Numbered from the whole stretch's first letter, positions 46,916-60,076 are shown. The stretch is DNA of 63,955 bases, filler included, from Octopus bimaculoides (GCF_001194135.2; 8 parts of 7 records of this genome joined end to end with filler, not necessarily neighbours in it), one strand, 5' to 3'. Made by a program: numbers and translations. Notes: generated from the sequence alone by a model not told the origin.

Positions 46916-48110
46916 GTGTGTCTGTCTGTCTATCTCTCTGTCTGTCTGTCTGTCTATCTATCTCCCTATCCATCTATCTATCTCCCTGTCTGTCTATCTA
47001 TTTATGCATCCATCCTTCCATCTATCTATCTAGCTAGCTGTCTATCAATCTCATTGTATGACAGTCGGTCTGTTTCTCAGTATTTCCTCCTCCCCCCATC
47101 GCACGGTCTCTTAGCACCACCCCCTCCATCGCTCACACTATTCATTCATCTCTCACTACTCCCTCCCNNNNNNNNNNNNNNNNNNNNNNNNNNNNNNNNN
47201 NNNNNNNNNNNNNNNNNNNNNNNNNNNNNNNNNNNNNNNNNNNNNNNNNNNNNNNNNNNNNNNNNNNNNNNNNNNNNNNNNNNNNNNNNNNNNNNNNNNN
47301 NNNNNNNNNNNNNNNNNNNNNNNNNNNNNNNNNNNNNNNNNNNNNNNNNNNNNNNNNNNNNNNNNNNNNNNNNNNNNNNNNNNNNNNNNNNNNNNNNNNN
47401 NNNNNNNNNNNNNNNNNNNNNNNNNNNNNNNNNNNNNNNNNNNNNNNNNNNNNNNNNNNNNNNNNNNNNNNNNNNNNNNNNNNNNNNNNNNNNNNNNNNN
47501 NNNNNNNNNNNNNNNNNNNNNNNNNNNNNNNNNNNNNNNNNNNNNNNNNNNNNNNNNNNNNNNNNNNNNNNNNNNNNNNNNNNNNNNNNNNNNNNNNNNN
47601 NNNNNNNNNNNNNNNNNNNNNNNNNNNNNNNNNNNNNNNNNNNNNNNNNNNNNNNNNNNNNNNNNNNNNNNNNNNNNNNNNNNNNNNNNNNNNNNNNNNN
47701 NNNNNNNNNNNNNNNNNNNNNNNNNNNNNNNNNNNNNNNNNNNNNNNNNNNNNNNNNNNNNNNNNNNNNNNNNNNNNNNNNNNNNNNNNNNNNNNNNNNN
47801 NNNNNNNNNNNNNNNNNNNNNNNNNNNNNNNNNNNNNNNNNNNNNNNNNNNNNNNNNNNNNNNNNNNNNNNNNNNNNNNNNNNNNNNNNNNNNNNNNNNN
47901 NNNNNNNNNNNNNNNNNNNNNNNNNNNNNNNNNNNNNNNNNNNNNNNNNNNNTTATTATTATTATCATTATTATGACGACGACGACAATGATGATGATCG
48001 TCGTCATCATCATCATCATCGTAATCATCATCATCATCGTAATTACTATCATTGTCTTCTTCATACTCTTGTTGCTGTTGTTGTTGCTTCTCTTCTTCTT
48101 ATCATTATTA

Positions 48111-48153
<43 letters not shown>

Positions 48154-48754
48154 CCATCTTCATCAGCAGCTGCAGCTCCATCATTATTATTTTTATTATC
48201 GTCGTCGTTGTTGTCTTCCTCTTCCTCCTCATCATCATCACCACCATCATCATCCTGCTGTCTGTCATCAGGCAGTGGCCTGTCACTGGACAGGTCCTGT
48301 GCACATTGACCTTTTCCAGCACTCTCTATAAGATTTGGAGCGAGCCGCAGTTAATTACAGGTACTTCGGCAACCACGACTAGGCTTGAGATGAATACTGG
48401 AAGGATTTCTCCGTAGCCTTCTCTTGGCAGGTGGGATTTGAACGCAGAACGCAGAGAGCCAGAAGATATAGCATAAAGCATTCCATCCGATGCACCAACG
48501 ATTCATCCTGTCATTCACAGACATAATACATTCGCAACAACAACAATGTTCTTCTTTGTGTCCTTCCGATTTGTTAAGACGTCTCAGATTGGTGTTAGAT
48601 GGTCATCTGTTGCTCTTACTAGCCGTTGGGTCAACTACGTTGAAGGCGGCAAGCTAGTTATGGTACGAAACACGGTTTCCCCACACACACACCAGCAAGA
48701 AAAATGTCCAGATTTTCTTAAAAAATAACTGTCGATGATGACGACGACAGAATT

Positions 48755-48885
48755 CACAAAAGACGAAGACAGGTGGCATAGACAACAAACAGATGTATTA
48801 GTTTAACGCTCGGGAAGTGAAAAAGTCTGTAACGTTTCGAGCCTACGCTCTTCCACAGAGAGGAACACAAAGAAACAAAGAGAGA
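48755..48885 (-). mobile_element. Short repeat family H2 (PLE pLTR-like) with a degenerate hammerhead motif at 48826-48863
   Basis: Homologous to 54560-54700; revcomp CUGUGGA-A-GAGC-GUAG-GCUC-GAAA-CGUU-ACAGA. Confidence 0.7.
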
Positions 48886-48913
48886 AAAAAAGAATGTGTA
48901 GTGGCTAGCGATT

Positions 48914-48955
<42 letters not shown>

Positions 48956-48956
48956 T

Positions 48957-49097
48957 AATTTTTTTTTAAATACCGTTATAGGTATAAAAATACCATAAAC
49001 AATTATAGAAAAAGATGTTGAATCAAAATTAGATTTAATACAAAATAGGATTCAATACATACGCGCGTTTCAAAGGACAATACAAATATGTAAGAAA

Positions 49098-49148
<51 letters not shown>

Positions 49149-49290
49149 TAATTTTTTTTTAAATACCGTTATAGGTATAAAAATACCATAAACAATTATA
49201 GAAAAAGATGTTGAATCAAAATTAGATTTAATACAAAATAGGATTCAATACATACGCGCGTTTCAAAGGACAATACAAATATGTAAGAAA

Positions 49291-49300
<10 letters not shown>
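48957..49300. repeat. Exact ~193-bp tandem duplication between (TA)n runs
   Basis: AAATACCGTTATAGG...GTAAGAAAAAAATTAT at 48968 and 49161; identical as far as I can read. Confidence 0.85.
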
Positions 49301-49322
<22 letters not shown>

Positions 49323-50139
49323 GCCTATCTCTCTCTATATATATCTATTTAACTATCCCCCTACCTATCTACCTATCTGTCTCTCTGTCCGTCTATCTAT
49401 TTATCTATCTACTTGTCTGTCTGTCTATCTATCCATTTATATATCTGTCTTTCTGTTTATCTATCTATCTATCTATCTATCTAATGTACACGCCTCTATG
49501 TCTGTCTGTCTCTAACCAACCTTGTTATACCACACAACTTCAATTTCCCTCCTCCAATCCCCACTTTTTCTCCTTTTCACTTTTTATATAATTTCTTTTA
49601 CTTTCCCACATTAAAAACTAACGTTGTTTTACTTCAATTTTACTTCTCTTCTTTCCATATGGTGTTATTTTCCTATTGACATACTAAACCAACCAAAGCA
49701 TCGACCATTTTGACATCTAAACAAAAGTATCGCTAAGTACAAAAGAAAAAAGGAAAAATCTAGAAAATATAGTAAGAATTCATTCAAATAAAACACTTGG
49801 TTTTTCCTTTTCCTTTTTTCGTTTTTTATTTTCCCAGTTTCTTTTGTTTATTTTTTCCTTCTTTTTTTGTACTGTCTTTATTTTTTGTTTCCGTTTCGTT
49901 GGTCGTCTGCTTCGTGTTTGTCTAAGATTTTTACTGGAGATTTTTACTAAACACACGCACATACACATGCACACACACATATATATACACACATACATAT
50001 ACTGACCAGATCACGCTACTCTTTCTCACTTTCTCTCTGTCCCCCTCTCTCTTTCTCCTGCATGTATTTAGGTATCTTTTTGTGTGTGTATGTGTATGTG
50101 TGTGTGTGTGTCCATATGTATATCTGTGCTTACACACAG

Positions 50140-50171
<32 letters not shown>

Positions 50172-50670
50172 ACACACACACGCACATATATGTGTGCGTG
50201 TGTGTATACATATATATTATATAATCTCTACGTATAATGTGCATATAAATATACATATAAAACATATAGTGTCCATATATGTCTCTCTAGCTTACGTATA
50301 TATATATATATACATATACATAAATATATATGTATATGCGTGTGTGTGTGTTTCTACGTAAATGTATATATAATGTGTAATGTATATCTGTATATTAATA
50401 CAATAGTACGTCTCTACCTACATTTTGAGCTTCACAATATTTATTGTTGTTGTTGTTGTGGTGGTAGTGGTGGTGGTGGTGGAGACGGCGATGGTAACGT
50501 TGATAATAGATACAGAAAGAGAGAGGGGGGAGAGAAAAAGAAAGAAAGAAAGAGGGAGTGAGGGGCGGGCGGACGGACGGAGAAAATACTAAAATATAGA
50601 ATTTAGAGAAAAATAAAGAAATGGAAATTATAAATGCCATTTATCGTGAAACGTCTGAGAGTATAAGTGT

Positions 50671-50718
<48 letters not shown>

Positions 50719-51007
50719 TTTGTTAACAAGTAGGGGAAAAACGTTGAGAGGGTCAAGTTGATATGGGTTGGCATAAGAGGAAAAACAATATGAAGCGTAG
50801 CAAAGTTTATGTCGTCACTATATCTTTAATTATCTCGTTCTCTCATTCTTTCATTCTGCCTCTCTCTCTTACCTTGCGCTTTTTAAAAATATTGGTATAA
50901 TTAGTCGAAAGTTGGACGCACGAATGTTAAGATCATTTGTCTGAATGTCAGTAAGTGTGTATGTATGTGCAAATATATATTTCGTAGTTTTCTATGAACT
51001 TCCTGTC

Positions 51008-51120
51008 ATGCGCTATAATACAAAAAATGGACTATATACCTGTTGTAATTTAGTTATCTATAGTCCGATGATATTTCGGAATACAATTCCTTCTTCAGAT
51101 ATTCTTAGATGAAGTCGCTG
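51008..51120. mobile_element. Half copy of the 31914-32171 MITE family
   Basis: CTATAATACAAAAAATGGACTATATACCTGTTGTA...GATATTTCGGAATACAATTCCTTCTTCAGATATTCTTAGATGAAGTCGCTG. Confidence 0.85.
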
Positions 51121-52877
51121 TATACATATACATATATACATGCACACAGACCCGAGTTTCTGGGTGACTACCCGTCTTCAGTGTATATTAACCATTGGCT
51201 AGTGATGAAGAACTCATTCCACTCGCAAAATACTGTATTTTTCTAGCGACACACTGTCGCTGATCTCGTAAAAGAGAGAGAGAGAAGTTATATTATATCT
51301 CTGTCTGTCTCCACCTGTCTGTCTATCTATCTATCTATCTACATATCTATCTATCTGTCTATTTGTGTCTATCTGTCTATTTGTGTCTATCTGTCTATCT
51401 CCCTACCTGCCTGCCTGATTGCCTGCCTACCTGTCTGTCAATCTGACATTCTGTCTATCTGTCTGTCTATCTATCTTTAACATGACGGGAGAGAGAGGTG
51501 GGGAGAGAGAACGGTCAGAGTCGTATAATTTAGAAATGTCCTCGTTTAATTTCCCTCCAGTATTTTTTCAAGTGAGATAAAAGAGACAGGGTAGTGTGTG
51601 AGAATCGGCAGACGGAGGAAGACGGAGGAAGACGACCTCATCACGATGAGTTTCCCGGTTACCAAAACGGCTCTGAGGAGATTGAACAACAAACATAGAA
51701 CTGAAGTAGTTTCTAGCACAATCAAGGAGCCCCCAGCATTCGATAAATTAATCTGATCGAGATTTTATTGTGTTTGTATTGCTTAGCGATATTTAACTAA
51801 ACAGAGGATAGGCAAGGGCTATAACTCAAAAATGAAAAGATAAAATACTTATGAGTCGACTCACGAAGATGTCAAGCCAGTAATATTGGAAATTGTTTAT
51901 GAAGGCAGACGACAAATAGTGTGGCATTTGATACAAAGGGATAAAGATAACTATGGACATGTTTCGGTGTTATGACACCGCGTTATTGAAGTCGCAATGG
52001 AATAGAGGAATATTTATACTACTGTGACAAAAGAAAAATTATACATAGCCAGTTCGTTAAAGCAGTGGTTCCAAAAGTGGATGAAAGCTGCCATACGCAA
52101 TTACAAAATATTGTTATTGTGTATGTGTGTGGTAGATTTATGTGGTTGTGTATGCTGACTGGTTATGTGGTCTTCTCTGGTGTTACAGAAAAAACGAAAA
52201 CACCTTCCATCAGAAGCTTATTTTATTTTATTTGATCTGACCGAAACAGCAGCAGCAGCAACCACAACAATTACAACAAAAACAACAAAAGCCATTATAG
52301 CGAGATAAGACATAAATTTGAAAAAAACCTCGTCGGGACTGGATTTGAACTCAAAACCTAAATAAACGTCAACACATCATACGGCACTTTTTGTTTGGTG
52401 CTTTACTAATTTATCATCGTTATTAGGAAATTTACTTGGCGCAACAAATGCCATAAATGCACTTAATGACTTCACTTTATAAAACATATCAGGTTTCCTA
52501 TAGATGACATGCTTCGAAGCTTTAGAAATGCCAAACGAAAAATAAGGAAATATATATATATGTATATGTAGGTATATATGTATATAAGAAATTATCAGAT
52601 GTGATAATATATTTATATAAATCTCATCTTTCCACTAATTTCATTTTCTAAATAGATTACACTCATGTCTGCAATAAAAGAAAAAATATATATAATAAAA
52701 TACCGGAAACAAAAGTAGAAAAAAGGAACAGAAAAAAAGAAAAAAAATCTAGTTTCCTTTTTTTTTTTTTTTTTTTTNNNNNNNNNNNNNNNNNNNNNNN
52801 NNNNNNNNNNNNNNNNNNNNNTTAATTAATTAANNNNNNNNNNNNNNNNNNNNNNNNNNNNNNNNNNNNNNNNNNNN

Positions 52878-52915
52878 TAACCCTAGGGTTAAGGTTAGGG
52901 TTAGGGTTAGGGTTA
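52878..52915. repeat. Short interstitial telomere-like (TTAGGG)n tract with a palindromic junction
   Basis: TAACCCTAGGGTTA-AGGTTAGGGTTAGGGTTAGGGTTA immediately after a gap. Confidence 0.75.
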
Positions 52916-53553
52916 AAGCAAATTTAAAATGAAAAAAGCAAATAAAACGAAGGTACGGAGATTAAATACGCTTTACATCGCTTAATCAGCCAAAGGAGTA
53001 AATGTAAACAACTGAATACTTGTCAGTGATTGGTTGAAATTATCGAAATAAGACAATTTTTTACATGAAATAAATTCGAATACAAAAATATTTTTCTGTT
53101 CTATAACACAAAATAGATAAGTATACGAAGTTTGAAAGTCTTTCCGTATCAAAAACACTACGTAAAAGATTAATGAAAAATGTGGCCCCCGTTTTAAAAT
53201 AGATCCAAAAAAAGAATCCTAACCACAGAGTGTGCGTAATTATGTCAAAGGTCACTGGCAATGTGCATTCAGCTGATTGCAACTGTTAAAGCAAGTCACT
53301 GAGCATGCGTACATGTCATACGGGAGAGTTCCAATCAGGGGTGGATAAAAACCTTACAGAAACCCCCTATAAAGCTTGAAACACGTGTAACGCGGAATCC
53401 TTTGTGTTCTGTTTTTATTTTTATGTTTTTAATACATTCTTTCACCCTGGCCACTATCTGGCATATACTGGTGCTTGCAATTGTCAAGTATTACCTCTAA
53501 AATTTATTTTACCTACGTGATTCACGTTGTCCTTCTGATTGGTTTATAAATGT

Positions 53554-53593
<40 letters not shown>

Positions 53594-53744
53594 TATATAT
53601 ATATATATTAAATATATATATGTATACATACATATATATATATATATGTGTGTGTATACATACACATACATACATAAATGCATACATACATGCATACATG
53701 TTTAAGAAATTTTTTAAAGAGAGGTGACAGTAACTTCGAAGTGT

Positions 53745-53815
53745 CAGCTTTCGGTAGGACTGAATCTTAAACGATGTGGTTGTGAAACGAACTTTTTAAC
53801 CACACAGTTGGAGAC
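53745..53815 (-). mobile_element. SINE family B head (degenerate)
   Basis: GGACTGAATCTTAAACGATGTGGTT...TTTTTAACCACACAG. Confidence 0.5.
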
Positions 53816-53864
53816 TGAGGGAGATTGTGTGTGTGTGTGTGTGCATGTGAGATAGAGAGAACGT

Positions 53865-53907
<43 letters not shown>

Positions 53908-54079
53908 GTGCAAGTGTATAAATTTGTGCGCGCGGTTGTGTGTGCCTCTGTATGTTTATGTGTATGTGTGTGTGTGAAAGAGAGAGAAAGACAGAGACAG
54001 AGAGAAAGAGATAGAGAGAGACAGAGAGAAAGAGATAAGGAGAGAGAGGCTCAAGTGTATGTACGCGCATGCGTATATG

Positions 54080-54131
<52 letters not shown>

Positions 54132-54559
54132 TGTGTGTGTATAAGAGAGTTAAATGTGGGAGTATTTATGTTTTGTTTGAAGCGACAGATTCTGCGACAA
54201 ACATATTTTCATTGCTTAATGTGTGTTTGTGTAAGTAAAGTGTGTGCGAGTGTTTTGTATGAATCAGTGTATGTGTGTGTGTGTGTGTATTCATATGTGT
54301 GTATGTGAAAGTGGGCGCTTACGTGCGTGTGTGTGGGCCATTTGATGAAACAAAGTTGAGATAGTAACTTCAGTCTATTTCAATCAACATGCACACAAAC
54401 GCACACACACAAAGAGGCAGGCAGACAGACAGACAGGCAGACAGATAGATAGATAGATGTATATATATATTTAATATACATGTATCTATGCACATAAATA
54501 TATATATATATATATATGATTGACCGTTGACTGAACACTATTCAATTTTTTTTCTCCGT

Positions 54560-54700
54560 GTTTTTCTCCTTGTCTCCGTATTCTTTCTGTTGAAGAGCGT
54601 AGCTCGAAACGTCAAAGACTTTCCGTATTCCCGAGCGTCATACTAATATATCCTTTTGTTATTTACACCACCTGTCCTCGTCTGTTGTTATTATTTGTAT
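54560..54700 (+). mobile_element. Short repeat family H2 (PLE pLTR-like)
   Basis: Shares GAAGAGCGTAG(G)CTCGAAACGT..A.AGACTTT...TTCCCGAGCGT.A.ACTAATA...CCACCTGTC with the revcomp of 48755-48885. Confidence 0.75.
54582..54618 (+). ncRNA. Minimal type-I hammerhead-like motif with a non-canonical core (family H2)
   Basis: UCUUU-CUGUUGA-A-GAGC-GUA-GCUC-GAAA-C-GUC^-AAAGA: stem I 5 bp perfect, stem II 4 bp perfect, GUC triplet, A6 replaced by U. Confidence 0.65.
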
Positions 54701-54884
54701 ATTCTCCCTCCTATACATATATATACATACATACATACATACATACATAGAGAGAGAGGGGGAGAGAGAGAAACAGACAGACAGACAGAAAGAGAGACGG
54801 AAAGATAAACAGACTGGCAGATGGACAGACGGACAGACAGATGTATGGACGGATGGACGGACGGACGGCCGGACAGACAAACAC

Positions 54885-54934
<50 letters not shown>

Positions 54935-56032
54935 CACAGGATCACACCGTATAGAAAACTTTTAACTACACGTTAAGTAAATTCGTAATCCTTTGAAGCA
55001 ACACACGGTCACACACGCATAAATACCATCACATTCATTGATTGACACATACACTGCTCCACATAAGCTCATGAACACATATATGTACACACTCATAAAC
55101 ACACATACTCTCACACACAAACACACACACACAGAAAGACAGAGAGAGAGAGAGAGAGAGAAATGCATTCGTGTACAGGCACTGAAATGTCAAAAAATAT
55201 ATAGACCTTTATATATTTTCATACATGGATACATATATATATACATGCATGTGCTTGGGCGTATGTATGTACGTACACGCTACGCATATACATTCATTGC
55301 GATATACAAGCGCACAAGCAGTACAATACACCCTTATAATTATACATCGATGCAAGAAAGCGGTCGTATNNNNNNNNNNNNNNNNNNNNNNNNNNNNNNN
55401 NNNNNNNNNNNNNNNNNNNNNNNNNNNNNNNNNNNNNNNNNNNNNNNNNNNNNNNNNNNNNNNNNNNNNNNNNNNNNNNNNNNNNNNNNNNNNNNNNNNN
55501 NNNNNNNNNNNNNNNNNNNNNNNNNNNNNNNNNNNNNNNNNNNNNNNNNNNNNNNNNNNNNNNNNNNNNNNNNNNNNNNNNNNNNNNNNNNNNNNNNNNN
55601 NNNNNNNNNNNNNNNNNNNNNNNNNNNNNNNNNNNNNNNNNNNNNNNNNNNNNNNNNNNNNNNNNNNNNNNNNNNNNNNNNNNNNNNNNNNNNNNNNNNN
55701 NNNNNNNNNNNNNNNNNNNNNNNNNNNNNNNNNNNNNNNNNNNNNNNNNNNNNNNNNNNNNNNNNNNNNNNNNNNNNNNNNNNNNNNNNNNNNNNNNNNN
55801 NNNNNNNNNNNNNNNNNNNNNNNNNNNNNNNNNNNNNNNNNNNNNNNNNNNNNNNNNNNNNNNNNNNNNNNNNNNNNNNNNNNNNNNNNNNNNNNNNNNN
55901 NNNNNNNNNNNNNNNNNNNNNNNNNNNNNNNNNNNNNNNNNNNNNNNNNNNNNNNNNNNNNNNNNNNNNNNNNNNNNNNNNNNNNNNNNNNNNNNNNNNN
56001 NNNNNNNNNNNNNNNNNNNNNNNNNNNNNNNN

Positions 56033-56385
56033 ACCAACCACATGGTTCCGGGTTCAGTCCCACTGCGTGAAACATTGGGCAAGTGTCTTCTACTATAGCC
56101 TTGGGCCGACCAAAGCCTTGTGAGTGGATTTGGTAGACGGAAACTGAAAGAAGCCCGTCGTATATATGTGTATATGTTTGTGTGTCTGTGTTTGTTCCCC
56201 AACATCGCTTGACAACCGATGCTGGTGTGTTTATGTCCCTGTAACTTAGCGGTTCGGCATAAGAGACCGATAGAATAAGTACTAGGCTTACAAAGAATAA
56301 GTCCTGGGGTCGACTTGCTCGACTAAAGGCGGTGCTCCAGCATGGCCACAGTCAAATGACTGAAAAGAGTAAAAGAGTAAAAAGA
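56033..56385 (+). mobile_element. SINE family B (near full length, low divergence from the family pattern)
   Basis: ACCAACCACATGGTTCCGGGTTCAGTCCCACTGCGTG...GAAAGAAGCCCGTCG...GGTGCTCCAGCATGGCCACAGTCAAATGACTGAAAAGAGTAAAAGAG. Confidence 0.92.
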
Positions 56386-56509
56386 GAGTATACGCTACAC
56401 ACACACACACACACCACATACCAAACACATAGCACATACGTGAGACACATACAAGCGCACACACGCACACCACATGCATACACTCATGCACACACACACG
56501 CACACATAC

Positions 56510-56720
56510 ACACATACGGATATGCCACACACATAAGGATACACTCACAAATATGCCACACACACACACACAAGCATACACATACGGACATGCCACACAC
56601 ATTAGTACACACGTTCACGTACACACATACACACACAAGCATACATATACGGACATGCCACACACATTAGTACACACGTTCACGTATACACATGCCACAC
56701 ACACACACACAAGCATACAC
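56510..56720. repeat. Higher-order repeat (~65-68 bp, about 3 copies) built on a (CA)n background
   Basis: ACGGA(C/T)ATGCCACACAC recurs at ~56516, ~56584 and ~56649; ATTAGTACACACGTTCACGTA appears twice. Confidence 0.75.
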
Positions 56721-57711
56721 AAATACACGCACATGCAAGCATACACACGCACACACTCACATACACACACACACACACATATACATACATACGTTCCTGC
56801 ACACTTCTATAGTACGCAAAACGTCTACTGAATGAATGCGCATGTGTGTGTTATTTTCCCCGTCTCAGCTCATTTTAAAGTTTATTTGTGTTTCTCTCTC
56901 TGTTCGTGTGTGCGAGCGATTCATCTTTCTCGTGTATGAGCGGCTTCGCCTGTCTTGCCTTGTGTGTGTGTATGCAACTTTATAAAACCTCTCCACACAA
57001 CCTCAACATCTTTCCCTCCACACACACACACACGCAAGCACACACCACGTCTCTCCTCTTCTTTTCTTTTCCTTTTTCTCTCTTCTCTCTTCCTTCTTCG
57101 ACATTTATTCTTCGTTCAAGCCCGGCGGATAAGACACTTTTCTTTACAATCAAGTCTATCTACATAGAATTTAGCTCTTCCCATCCTATCTACCTGAGGA
57201 CGTTAAGTGTCACACAGCTATACACAACGACATTTCTGAGAGTATTGTTTTTTTTTTTGTTTTTTTTTCGGCGGGTGTTGACATTTCCTGCCGATGTTTT
57301 CCATTGCTTATAGTCCTTGCTGTTCATTGTTTATACAACCACGCGGATTATACATACGTACCCTTTATATTTCCTAGTTTATTCAACAATCACAGTGAGA
57401 AAAACTAAACAAAACGGAAAACGGAGAGAGGCACGCGCCGACAATAACGGAACAGGTTACACTTTGAAATCCTGAAATGTAGGTACGAACTGAGCGAGCG
57501 ATGGTTAGTAAGTTTTGTTTTCGGTGAAAGAATNNNNNNNNNNNNNNNNNNNNNNNNNNNNNNNNNNNNNNNNNNNNNNNNNNNNNNNNNNNNNNNNNNN
57601 NNNNNNNNNNNNNNNNNNNNNATGTTTTCTGTAATTTCTTTAGCACCCGTATGTCTCGTCAGACAATTGATATAAACCCAGAAAACTCCTTCAATATCAG
57701 CGTTGACAGAA

Positions 57712-57940
57712 AGGCAGCGAGCTGGCAGAAACGTTAGCGCATGCCCGGCGAATTGCTTAGCAGTATTTCGTATATGTTTACGTTCTGAGTTCATATTCCG
57801 CCGGGGTCGACTTTGCTTTTCATCCTTTCGGGGTCGATAAATTAAGTACCAGTAGTGTACTGGGGTCGATCTAATCGACTGGCCCCCCACCTCTCCAAAA
57901 ATCTCGGGCCTTGTGCATAGAGTAGAAAAGTAAAGAATAG
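57712..57940 (+). mobile_element. SINE family A, full length, with a 14-bp TSD
   Basis: CAGCGTTGACAGAA at 57698-57711 and 57941-57954 brackets the element exactly. Confidence 0.93.
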
Positions 57941-58651
57941 CAGCGTTGACAGAACGGGGTGAGATAACAATGGAGTTGCCCACACAGTAAGCATCTCTCT
58001 TCTAAGATATTTGGTGTTGTCTGTCGGAGTAAAGTGAAAGGGTTTATTCAGCTTGAGACGAAGTTGCCAGAACGAAGTTGCCAGAACGAAGTTGAGGACG
58101 ACGTCGGACTGTTTTAAGGTGTCCGGTTCCTCATCTGTAATTGATTAAATCGAGGCCAGCTTTTGATCGATAACTACTATCAATATCTAGTAATCACTTG
58201 CTGATAGATACCTATTTGTGTTGTTTATTTCACTGGCCCTATCAACCTTCCGATCAATAGAGTGTTGAGAAGGCGAGAGAAAGAGAGAGACAGAGAGGAG
58301 AGGGAGGGAGAGAGAGAGGAGAGGGAGGAAGAGAGAGAGGAGAGGGAGGCAGTGTGGCATTCGGTTTAGAAACTTTGATTCCATCTCGTTCGTACACACC
58401 AACGCATACATAAACAGACAAGGGTATTACGCACATGCACGTACGTACACACACACATACACATATGCACACACGTACCTCCCCTCCCCCACACAGACAC
58501 GACCGTCTTCTGTAGTGTCCCGTATTGTAGCTGTCCGATAAAGAAGGAACGATAAAATAAGCACTATTGTCAATACAAGTGACTAGATCCTTGAGTACGG
58601 TGCCTCTTCGTAACCACAGCATTATAACTGAAACCAGTAAAAGAAAAAGAA

Positions 58652-58696
<45 letters not shown>

Positions 58697-59139
58697 TCTC
58701 CCCAAACACAACAGCACACACACACACGTACATATTCGAAAATTTCACAGAAGGGGCAACAAATGAACACTCGGTAACTTCACACGCAGGACGTCGACTT
58801 TCGTATTCGGTTATCGCTCAAAAATCAAAACAATTTCACACATCTAACAATAGTAGTGTTCATTTTCGTGGCACCAAACAGCAAACAAAAAAAAAACCCT
58901 GCTGAGAATAAGTGAGCGGACGTAAAGAACGGTGGGAAAAAAAACAAACGAACGGCCACAGGTAGTTGGTACAAATATGAATAAATATATATATATGTAT
59001 ATACATGCAAAATATAGGCCTTACGGCTACTGTCCGGCATCGGAATATCGGAATAAAAAATAAAAAACTGCACCGCTATCACTTCTCAGCTCTACAATAT
59101 CCTACATTGCATCTAGCAAATGGTAATAATTAACAATTA

Positions 59140-59150
59140 AATAATAATAA

Positions 59151-59212
<62 letters not shown>
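59140..59212. repeat. (AAT)n microsatellite
   Basis: Direct reading. Confidence 0.95.
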
Positions 59213-59471
59213 GTATATATAAAAGATGTGAAAGTACCCTAGACTTGGCAGCTAACAGAGAATAGTCGAAGCACTCGAGATTCGCCGTTATATCATTTGG
59301 TTAAGAGGACGGACTAAATTACGAACACGAACCAGCTGAAACAGTGTTAAACCTGTGGATTGTACAAATTTCTTAGTTTTGGACCCGGTTATCGGATTTT
59401 CACAAATTCAGTTTCATTTCATTCGTGCGCGCCCTCAACATACACAAACGCAAACACACACGCACGCACGC

Positions 59472-59523
<52 letters not shown>

Positions 59524-59912
59524 ATATGCATGAACGCGAATATTAACGGATGTAAGTTTGCATACGTACATATACCTACCGCGTTTACACTTTACTCCAA
59601 CACACACACACTCACAGATACATGTAAGTACATACACATATTTATACATGAACATGTTCGGTCGGCATGAAACACACACACACACGCACACACACGCACA
59701 CGCGCAGAAACACACCCACACACACATACGCAAGTAGTCCGTATAAGTTTTAGCCACACCTACAGATGCATTCGTAAACACAGAACGAACCGCATGTAAA
59801 CATTAGAAAATAAAGTTAACCACTGCATACATTTTTATACGTAACCTGCATAGAACATACTTTTTAATCTATAATACTTTCTATCTATCTCTCTATCTCT
59901 CTATCTCTCTCG

Positions 59913-59969
<57 letters not shown>

Positions 59970-60012
59970 NNNNNNNNNNTCTATCTGCCTGTCAATCTAT
60001 CCATCCACCAGC

Positions 60013-60075
<63 letters not shown>

Positions 60076-60076
60076 A

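Noticed and set aside
46310-48331. Long ORFs in the track (673 aa here; also 14580-16073, 4830-6254, 8598-9653, 42033-43106 etc.)
   Set aside because: They are made of N read-through and SSR translations (YIYI, HTHT, poly-I/L/H); not genes.
48260-48416. Non-repetitive end of ORF 47973-48416 (VIRQWPVTGQVLCTLTFSSTLYKIWSEPQLITG) as an exon
   Set aside because: No recognisable homology and weak splice signals.
48957-49300. 193-bp perfect tandem duplication as a functional repeat
   Set aside because: It is apparently 100% identical and bounded by (TA)n runs, so an assembly artefact or very recent slippage is more likely; listed only as a repeat.
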